NCBI GenBank assembly: GCA_030141605.1 | Contig: JAQGDQ010000705.1 | Span: 45,648-109,647, forward strand | Direction: 5' to 3' | Source: Tubiluchus corallicola | Lineage: Eukaryota; Animalia; Priapulida | Length of the DNA stretch: 64,000 bases | Shown here: piece after piece, positions 53,801 to 64,000 of the stretch | How the letters are laid out: every line of letters starts with the position of its first letter | Numbering within the stretch: the stretch's first letter is position 1 | Notes under the pieces: model-generated | What the model saw: the letters and a program-made list of their open reading frames with translations, nothing else | The model's database searches: none | Told to the model about the DNA's origin: nothing | Translations under genes and position numbers: made by a program

Positions 53801-54848
53801 CACAGGCAATCAGCACATGCCAAACTAACTGTGCAGTTGCAGCTCTCGCTATCACAAATTCTTATTATTCAAATATTAAGGATTTTGCATAATTTACATG
53901 CAAACACTGTATGCACATTGCATATTTCAGTTGAAGCAAATGAGTACGACAGTGTAATATGAACAGGTAAACCTAATAATAAGTGTAATATTATGAAGCA
54001 CGGCGTCGAGGTAGCAAGACTCTTTATTAGATATTTATCTTTACACTTACACCTGTAAAAATTCTACTACCATGAAATTTGCAAGGCTCAAATGCATTCA
54101 TAACATCAGACAACAAAGTGAGTACACTATTTGTCAGATTTATAGAATCATACTAAAAAAATTTTCGTTCACCAAATATTTCATGCACCAAAACAGAAAA
54201 GCCTCACCTTTCTTTGAAGACTTAGGGACCAGTGCCATAGTGCTAATTTGTTTTTCTGTCGCATCACATGACGTTGATGGTTAGTAACATTCGACCAACA
54301 CATAAACGACTTCATCAACAGAAGCGAATTGTAGAACCAGGCTGCCTGCTGAACCTGCAACTAGATAATTCTTTGTGGATTAGAATCATCAGTTATTGCA
54401 AAACTGTGAGGAAGAGAAAGTGAATGAAACAAAAGTAAATATTTAAAGAAAAAAGAAAGACACTACATGTGCAGTTTGAAAGGATTGTAAAATTTACATA
54501 CTTGATTACATTTATCTGCTACTTTGGTTTTTGAACAACTACAAAGTGTAACAGGCTTGAGTTTCCATTTACAGATAAACAATTACACTAAGTTATAGTT
54601 GTTACAACCCCGTATCAGACAAACCGGTAGTAGCCTCAGTAGGCACTTCAAGGCTTTCAGAACATATAACTAGTGGTAACTTAGACATTATTTTGCAGCT
54701 TGGATAAAGTACCTGTTTAAGTATCTTTATTCTGACATACATTTTCCAGGCAAGAAAGGTTTTTGCCAGTAAATGTTGTCTGTAAAAATTTCGGGCCACT
54801 TGTTGTTTCTCCGCATTTTTTCCCATCATGTTTTCCGCAACAAATAAT
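50900..54848 (-). CDS. SFI1: SFI1-like centrin-binding centriole protein, C-terminal part only (5'-truncated or degenerate; exon chain not fully resolved)
   Basis: In-phase exons 54848-54713, 54354-54208, 53498-53409 encode Sfi1 repeats (ARNFYRQHLLAKTFLAWK; AAWFYNSLLLMKSFMCW; ALWHWSLSLQRK/VFCAW). The large exon from 51629 encodes RRKTKPRRPEFL and LLPPNAF, resembling the SFI1 C-terminus, and stops at 50902-50900. Linking exon(s) at 53217-51630 and the start are uncertain. Confidence 0.6.
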
Positions 54849-56789
54849 CTGTGAATAATAAAATTAGGATTAGATAAGGATTTATAAAAGACAAAAAATG
54901 TATAGCTAGCTAAGTTTTATATAAACTTATTATTATTTGTTAACCTTTAGATGGCCGCAACTTGCTGTGCTCCATTGTACTCAAACCTGTCTAGCTGCTG
55001 ACCAGTCACGCAGCAGATACATGATGTGTTTAACTCACACATAATGGCTTCCAAGGGTCTTTATTATTGATTTAATTTTAGGCAGTTTTTACTTTGCTAA
55101 AACACAAATGCTAACCTTAGAAAAAGCTTAATATGACAGGCAACAATCATTAGTAAAGTGAAATATAGGAAACGGAATAATGAAATAATAGGGTACCAGA
55201 AAATGTGAACATGATTCTCTTTCACGCAATGAAGAACTTTGCCAATTTAAAGGTTATAGGTCAAATTTCATTTACATGGTGTTGCCAATTTATTGTAATA
55301 TATGTCATAATTGCTTAGATCACAACTAAGATGACTAAATTAGGATCATTAGTTTGAATAAATAGGTCTAGTTGTTAACAAAATTTGCATTCCTTTTTAT
55401 ATAGCTCTTACTGGCAGATACACAAATAAAGGTACTATATCGGTAAAGTTTATTGTAAATCGGATCGGATTGGTGCTCAAAGTCTGTATCGTACCCTATT
55501 GGAAAAACTAATACCGAACAACACTGATCTCAATGTTAAGATTAGCATCAATGATGGTACAAACCCATATTAATTAAATTTTAATACCAATTGATGCTGA
55601 TGCTTTTGAAAACGAATTTGCATTTATTTAAGCTAAAAACAGTGGAATTTCTATTAAGATAAGTTAGATAACAGCAAACCCAATTAAGTTTAATCTGCTT
55701 TAAGGCTTTGACATTTCACTATTTTTGAAAAAAGAAATAGCAACATTTCAATAATATTAAACTTAAACTAAGATTTTGCTTGCAAACTAATAAGTGAAAT
55801 GCGGCAGCAAATAATGTTCGATCTGCATCTCCCACAACATGGCGGCGTGCATCAGCCACCCTACTAATAATAATAATGATGATATTATTGTAAAAAATAC
55901 ATTGTAAATTGTCAATGAGTATCCATCATTATTATAAAGTTAATTTTTCTAAAACAAATTTAGTTTTACGCTTCATTATGTCACAATTCTCGACAGAAAT
56001 CGCCAGTGTCCTACCTACTTGGGCTGTCCATGTACGACACTGCTTTTCCGCAAATTTAGCACATGCGTTTTACCAGAAGTGTCCTACTTCGGCTAATGGA
56101 TTACTCGGCGCCCTACACCCTGAATCTTGAGTCCTGATTTTGGTTAATGAGATGGTAACTCTACCTGTACAAAATACACAATTACTAATACATACAAATG
56201 TATTGCGCGCTGAAATAAAAGTGCTCATAATAACAGGTAATGTTTTTTGTCGTAAACTATACGTGTTTAATCAGCTATAAAGTATAATTAATGTTATATA
56301 AATGCTTCTTAAAATCACATCATCATCATCGTATGTCCGTTATGTCTATTGTAGACATTGGGCAGGCAGAACTTTAAAATAATAGATATCTGACCTTAAG
56401 ACAGGAAAACGCAGCAGTTAATCCAGTAAAAAACTAAACACCGTTACGCCAGTGGCTTGTCAGTACTACCACTTCCGATTCACTGTGAAGCAAACCGAAT
56501 TGCAAGGCTGCACCGAGAAGCTACAGTCCGCAAAACGTATCGAGCAAAAGGCAAAATCGTCCGTAACTCGAAATCAGCAGAAAGGCCACCCATAGATAAA
56601 AAAGTTGCTATGGATGAGCACATAATATGTGACCAAAGAGTTGATACAGTACTGGAATTCTATCTCATTGTTTAATCATAGATATAGTCCCCAAAGACCA
56701 TCTGTCGACGCATTGATTTGCATGGATTTGGAAAACAATAGTGAATTAGCCTTTTAGATACTTTAGTAGTGTGTCAGTTGATAGAAAAT

Positions 56790-56912
56790 GACTTAATTCC
56801 AGAACAAGCAATCTAAAACAAATTAGGACAAATACTCACTATTGAACGAACTCTATAATCAAGCAGCATTTAAAACAAAATTAAAATCTCTAATATTAAC
56901 CAGATATGAAAT
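56790..56912 (+). mobile_element. Degraded LINE 3' end
   Basis: Ends in AAFKTKLKSLILTRYE, similar to L2/CR1-group ORF2 termini. Confidence 0.45.
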
Positions 56913-59619
56913 ACCATACACACTAATTCAGAATTTATATATTTACATATATCAAAAATGCACCAAGCATAATTCACAATCTCAGAACAAGCTGTCCAGT
57001 GACACCTAACTACTAGTCTTGTAGTTGTTCATTTCACTGTGGTATTGACATTAATTAGTAGTTAATGTTTAATAAACTGTAATTAAATAAATAGCAAAAT
57101 ATGCATGCTATGTTCATTGTTAATGTGCATAATGACTAATATCCACTAGTGGTAATTAAATAACAACAAATAATGATAATAATATATTTGCCTCTGATAA
57201 TTATGTAATAGTTTTAAAACATAATTAATGGCAGCTGAGCCTAAGCAGTGATGACATCATAAATAAACAAAATTTTCAACATCAGTGCATTGATGTGTTG
57301 TACATGCAAAAGTAAAAACTAAAGTACAGTGCTACTGTACAACTTTCAGCATTACACATCAACACTCGGCAAATTGCAAGTTTAAAATTCGTATTCCAAG
57401 TGATCATCCATGGCTGTGATCATCCATGAACTGTATAACGAGTTACAACTGAATGCCTCTGAACTAAGAGGTACAATGCCTGTCTTTTTGTACAATGGCA
57501 TAGTGCCCGTCTAACTAGCGAATGAAAAAATTCATATGACTAACAAGAACGTGCCATGCAAATGTGTTTTTGTGCTAATAATACTTTCATGTAAGTTCAC
57601 GCAAATACTTTTATGTTTTTGGAAAAAATAGTATGATCGCTTCCAATGTTTTATAGCATAAATTGTTTCGAGCTATAATTTAAGATTTTGTCTGGTTTTT
57701 CTTTGACAGGTTGCACGGCTTCTCTTGTTTGATAACCAACATCATCTTTCAAATTGTAACTTCACATGCAAATATATCCTTGTGAAAGCATTGTATAAAA
57801 ATTGCCAATATGGGTGTGCTAGGGTTTGTTTTGATTATGGAAACGCCTGGTAAAAAATTATATGATTGGATGAAGAATTTTGTGGGCTCTCTAGTCATGT
57901 ATAACTTCATAAGTTTTGTTGCCATTGATGCTTGCAAGAGTTGCTAAAACTACAACAACACATTAAACCACACACACCATCTGGAGGGCAAAACGTTATT
58001 GCTACAGTATTAACTGCCTGTGGTTGATATTATTACACACTATAGACAAGAATTGTCCCTTCAAAAGACAACAAAAGATATGCACAACCAAGCATTTTTC
58101 ATTCACGTTCTCAGAATCATCACTCGGGTAAATCGCTTACTGTGGCCTTGAAGGTAAATTTTTGTCCATGCATGGCTGTTAGTAAAATTATAGATATTAA
58201 TTACTAACAGTTGATGTTAAAAAAACTGTAGTTGAAATCTATTTAACATCTGCTGTATTCAGTTTAATGCACATCCGTTCTTTTTAGCGTTTTATGCTAA
58301 ATGGTGCCAGCAACAAAACTGATCACATTATGCATAACTACATAGCTAAAAAAAACCTATGAAATTCTCCAATAAATTTAACAATATTAATTTTTTTTCA
58401 GGCATCTACACCATAATAAGATAAGTACAAATGCAAACACTCCTCAGGAGCTTTTTGTAGCTAGCAATGCTTTCATTGGAATACAAAGTGTTTGTAAAGT
58501 AACGATTAGATGTTGATTACAATTACGTCATGGGGCCTTTATTCTGGTTGTCAAAGGTTAAAACCATGCTAAAAACCTACTTGATAAATGCTCGTCTCAT
58601 ATAGCTTCATTTGTTGTTACTTACTTATAATGTCATGGGTGTGCATGGCTTCGTTTCTTGAGCAGTTGAGCTTATTTCATTATCTGAAAAAAATGTCAGA
58701 AAGTTTCAGCAATGAAAATGTGATAAGCACTTCTTGCAAGTTGTAATTAGTAAGTAATTTAAAGTCGCAATCACTTTGCGGTTGGGTACATTCATTTTGA
58801 ATGAAAAATGACATCATATACATTGATGGTGCAACGGTTTAATCTTGCACCTAGCCTAGAATTTCTGAATTTCTGAACAAACTGCATAAGTTTTCTGTAT
58901 TGCGTACTTTGTACTGTCCACAATGCAGGTACATGGTTAGGTCTTTTTTTGAATTTCTTTCTAATATGCCACAGCAAAGTTCATTTTGGCGCCAAGTGGC
59001 TGAAGTGTGAATGATTTAAATTACTTTTGCAATTTTAAGCAATGCATTTTACATGAGTATATTGTAATAATACATTAAAATACAGTGAAAGCTGCTCGGC
59101 GCTTGAACTGTCTTTTGAGCAGAACGCGCACTAATTGATTATTTACCGGACAAAACGGTATTTTTCAAACTACTATTGATTTCGCGATAAATGCCTATTT
59201 GTGGTAAACGAGTCGTAGCTGTTGCACTATAATCATGGATGTACATGAATTCACTTTGCAAAGAAAGGATTTTTTCTTTTACGAAGTACACCTGTAACCA
59301 TAGTGATAATGTAACGCTAATATACTTGGTTAGGGTAATTTTTTGTTGTTAATTTATTCTACAATAATTTTTGTCATACAGAAGTACACTGGCAGGCAGG
59401 TTATAATAATAATTATTAGTAGTAGCAAGTCGTAGATAAAATTGTTAAAATACCAACAGTAAAAACGGCATCATCTGCAGATTTGTGAAGAATTAACGTA
59501 AACGAGCGGGAATGACTGCATGTAAACACTTGCGAAATCTTAATAAGAGACACGGTTATTTACGGTCTCTCCTCATCAATTTGCGAAATTGCGGCATGGT
59601 TTGATGCGTCAAGTGTTTC

Positions 59620-59900
59620 GCTCTTAAGTCAATTCCAAGAGCCCACAACACGAGCAGAGACGAAATGAGCTCTGATTATTAGTGCGAGAGTATTGTACAA
59701 ATAATTTAGAATTGTGTCCACGTAAATCACGTAGTGGTCTAGAAAAAAATTTGTCACTGCGCAAAGTAGAACTACTACTAATGAATTTATAACAGTTAAT
59801 GAGATCTGTAGTATCACTGTTGTTCAAGAGCAGATACAGAGTCAGGCTGAATATCAGAGGCCAGACTAATAAACCTAGATTGAGTTCTTTCGTTACCGTT
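59620..59900 (-). mobile_element. CR1-like LINE 3' fragment
   Basis: DLINCYKFI...FF...LRGHNSKLF followed in another frame by HFVSARVVGSWN. Confidence 0.75.
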
Positions 59901-60031
59901 ACCGTCGAAGGATAGATGTTAAGCATAAATAGCTTATGAACCTCTCCATTCCTCCTTGTTTACTTTATCAATATAAAAAATAAACACAATAGGTGGCGAC
60001 ACTGCGATCATGAAGCGTAGCACAGGGTTTC

Positions 60032-60290
60032 TTATTGCCATTGTGGCAACCGAGGGTCTATATATTTTTCAGCATTGTTTTTCCAATATCTATCGAGACG
60101 AGGCTTAAACTGGGCAGGATTGGATGCTTGAACTACATGGTCAGGCAGCGTGTTCCACTCATTAATTACTCGCCTTGCGAACGTGAATCTTCTTCTACTC
60201 CATTTCAAAAGCACTTTTAAGAGTAACATACTGTGGCGACCAAACAACGCATGCATATTCAAGTATTGGTCTAGCTACAGCTTTTTAAAG
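60032..60290 (-). mobile_element. CR1-like LINE 3' fragment
   Basis: RRRFTFARRVINEWNTLPDHVVQASNPAQFKPRLDRYW is the canonical CR1 ORF2 C-terminus. Confidence 0.85.
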
Positions 60291-61301
60291 AGATATAATA
60301 ACTTTTGCACTACGTGGTGAAATACAAGTTTTATCATCCCGATGCATCTATTGGCCTGAGAAATAATATGCTCAGTATGTTATGTGAGTTCACTTCAGGT
60401 TGTTTGAGATTAATACTCCCAAATCACGTGCAACTGATTATTCTTCAATAACACCATCTCTCAGATAATAGGGCATTGCAGAAGTAGAACAAATACAAAA
60501 AGCACTGCATTTACTATGTTTGTGGGACATTAATCAGCTGTCACGCCACATCTCGGTTTTGGACAGGTAAGCCTGTAAGATGACGCATTGTAAGGTCACA
60601 TTGTAGTAATCATAATTATACTGATTATATTACATTGTAAATGTAAACTCATGAATGCATGTGCTCTTTGTTCTTAGTGTTTCTTCTGCAATCACTTTGC
60701 GTAATTTAAAAAACTTTGCAAAAATGAAAGAAGATTATAAATACAAAATTGTATACTGTGTGAGCTACTAAACACATTTGACCAAAAACTCTTAATCTTA
60801 TAGTTCTTTGCAGAACATGCAAAAGCCTGTATGTGCTGAAGGCCAAATGGAGATATGAACAATATTAAATATAGGAGCTCACCAATATCTCTCTTCCAAA
60901 AAATGTTAATTTAATGTAGAGGTGAATTTTTACTCAGATTTCTAATTTTACTTGCAATTTGACTGAATACCATAGTGAACACATTCTTATGTTTTATGGA
61001 AGGAAACGTTTTCTGGTTTATTTTCAAATTTGCAGTGACACATGCTCTTCTTCTTGAAATATGTTTTTTCATACATCTGGCTAAAGATGGCAAAAACTGT
61101 TGAGAATTTAGCACGAGTTGCCAAAGAGTTAAACGCTCTCAAATATCAGTAAGTTGATTCTTTTTAAAGTGCCATTATCGTGATCCTATTTTAACATTGT
61201 GCTACTTTTAACAAAGTGCATACTATCAAGTTGTAGTATCCGCTATATATAGTTGCCTTGAAAATTTAGAGGATTGTTGTAGCTAAAATAATAAAGTCTA
61301 T

Positions 61302-61519
61302 GTAAAGTTTAAAATCAGACAGAATGTAAAAAATCATTGAAAATTATTTAAAATACACTAAATAACCAAAAAAGTCCACATGCATGTCTCAACCTCTGCT
61401 GCTATCATCGACACCCGAAGCCATCAGCAGGCGTTGAAACATTCGTATGGTATTTTTTAGTGTGTAATGTATATTAAATAAATTTTTTATTTTTATGTTT
61501 TGTCTGGTTTTAAAGTTTA
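61302..61519. repeat. About 220-bp imperfect inverted repeat (foldback)
   Basis: Outer arms AAAGTTTAAAATCAGACAGAATGTAAAAA and TTTTTATGTTTTGTCTGGTTTTAAAGTTT. Inner arms ATGTCTCAAC/GTTGAAACAT and CTGCTG/CAGCAG. Confidence 0.8.
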
Positions 61520-61959
61520 TTTTAAGTTCAAAATATCCATGAAAAAGGTCAAGTCAAGTTCTATATGGTTTTGACTAGTTTAATTTCCTAGTGATATTCT
61601 TTTTTATTACCAGATTCAAGCATAAGTTTTTCATAAATAGTTATATGGTGCTCTCACGCTGTAAATGTAGTTTAATATTTAAATGCTGAATTCTTAACTA
61701 TAAAATTGACTGAGGTAGTGTAATAAAATGTTTGCCTGTATTCATTTGTCTGTTTGTTCTTTATATAATAAATTTTTCATATATTTTGAAAACCAATAGA
61801 CTTATATACTGTATTGCACCTGATGAATCAGGGGCTACGTAATAGTCTAAAAATGGAAAACTTAGTTTACCGAACTATTACTGTCTTATTATAATTATAA
61901 CATATTATATTTTCTCATTAAATTATAATGTAAGAGCTTTTATAGCGTGAACGTAAAAT

Positions 61960-62200
61960 TTAAAGAATTTGACCGACAAAACGCTACGCATATCTATCCC
62001 AGTATGCACCACTGATTCACCAAAAAAAACATTATTGATTTTATTGGCAATACAAATCAATTAATATTTTTTCTTAGTTTTCGAAGAGTGCGCTACGAAT
62101 GCTTCGGCCATTTTTTCAAGCTTTACACAATGTTATTTAAACTTGCTTCGAACGACTGACCATAAAATGGCTGCTTCTAGCGGTCATCTCTGGAGTTTAA
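61960..62200. promoter_or_regulatory. Candidate bidirectional promoter upstream of the orphan RPS23 terminal exon
   Basis: Local CpG enrichment resembles the other promoters in the window. Divergent YY1-like motifs are CGGCCATTTT (62105-62114, minus-facing) and AAAATGGCTGC (62164-62174, plus-facing). Confidence 0.4.
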
Positions 62201-62375
62201 ATTTACTAGTTTTGTACAGCGTTACTGCTAACACAAGCCCTGTCTGCAATAGGACAACATGTAAATTTGGTAAAATTCCAAAACGCATTTTTAAGCTTTA
62301 TTTATGACGAGTGTTTTCTTGCACTTTAAATTAATTTACGGAATTTTTCATAAACATGCGTTTCTGAATTTTTAG

Positions 62376-62522
<147 letters not shown>

Positions 62523-62571
62523 AAAACAACAATGGGCTGATTGATTATTGTATTTTATTGATTATAGCTTA

Positions 62572-62635
62572 AATAAATTCGAACCCATCGAATGTGGCTT
62601 GCCTTGGAAATATGTGTGTTGCATTTGTGTGTTTC
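62572..62635 (+). terminator. Polyadenylation signal and GT-rich downstream element of the RPS23 terminal exon
   Basis: AATAAA at 62572-62577, about 50 nt after the stop, then TGTGTGTTGCATTTGTGTGTTT about 35 nt further on. Confidence 0.7.
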
Positions 62636-63092
62636 AAACGTCTGCTTCATGTAGTAAGGAATGCGAAGCATTGAGTTACTCTCTGGCGTTGTTGTAGTAG
62701 TAGTTTTGTTAACACAGTAAATGAATCATTACAGCAGATTTTACAAAAAAGCCTCTAGAAACAACGGGAGGATGAATCGAAGTGCAGCTGATAATTATAT
62801 GTAATTCAATAACAATTTTGATCATTTTTTACACCATAAACGACATGCAAGCCAGAATCCCACATTTAATGGAAGATGTCTCTACATCTTTGTTCTGTAA
62901 GGTAATATGGTAAACGGAGCCAGCTAGACATAAATGTCGTTACCTATCCATGTAATGGCCAGCCTTAAGACTGCGTGACTTTCATGCTAATCACATACCG
63001 TGGCAATTTAACTATTATATCTAGCCACAAATGGAGCAAGGTGCTCATTATCAGGTAAAGTAATAGAACTGTACTGTACTACTTCTCCAGAA

Positions 63093-63106
63093 CTGCCACC
63101 TGGTGG
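63093..63106 (-). promoter_or_regulatory. CTCF-consensus motif
   Basis: Reverse complement CCACCAGGTGGCAG matches the CTCF core CCASYAGRKGGCRS at every position. Confidence 0.55.
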
Positions 63107-63711
63107 TGTGTTACAATAATTAAAGCATACATTACAAGTTAACGAGGGGCACTTTGCTAAACTTAAATTAATTTAGACCACAAAAAATAGTTAACTGGGC
63201 ACCAATTGTACAGCACTCACTTCACTAGAGAAAAAGAAGAAACTAGTACATAATTTTCGATGTTTATAAAAATTATTTAAAGCAAAACCGGACCCAATCT
63301 TAAACTGTACATCAAAACAATCTACTCTTTAAAATAATGAAAGGAAATATACTATTTTTTTCACAAATGACTTGCACAAAAGGATTACTACCACACAAAC
63401 AGAATTTCGCGTTTGCGCCACTAGTTTAATGCTTTTAGTAAACACGTAACATCCTTGCGGAATGCTTTTGCTGTTAAAAATGAGTGTTAGTTTGTGATGT
63501 CATCAATAGTTGGTTAATTGAGATTCTAATCTCTTATTTACTTATCACAAACGCTCTTGCAGTATTAATTGTGTTAAAATGTATACTTTTTATCGGATTT
63601 AAAAATGGGATAGGATATGAAAAATCATCCCGTCTTCCTTTGAATTGTTTTTCACATTTCTCAGAGCAATAATCAACGTGTAAACACTTCTCAAAAGTGC
63701 CAGAGAATCTA

Positions 63712-63957
<246 letters not shown>

Positions 63958-64000
63958 TTACTCACAAAAATACTGACAAATATTACTCACAAATATACCG

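Overview
AT-rich, intron-rich animal (probably invertebrate) genomic DNA; all gene models were assembled by hand from splice sites and remembered protein families, without alignment. From left to right it holds the 5' half of STOML2 (minus) head-to-head with a complete DNAAF4/DYX1C1 (plus, 10 exons, one U12-type intron carrying a 2.45-kb Buster-type hAT transposon). Next come a complete monofunctional peptidylglycine alpha-hydroxylating monooxygenase (PHM, minus, 10 exons), a complete REV1 (plus, 17 coding exons) and a 5'-truncated SFI1-like gene (minus). The last two exons of RPS23 close the window. The standout anomaly is that these two consecutive RPS23 exons are intact and in phase but lie on opposite strands facing each other (penultimate exon minus 63862-63742; terminal exon plus 62376-62522). 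The orphan terminal exon has its own acceptor, polyA signal and a promoter-like region upstream, so either the mRNA is made by trans-splicing or the assembly/haplotype contains a local inversion. The remainder is SINE, LINE and MITE debris plus simple repeats.
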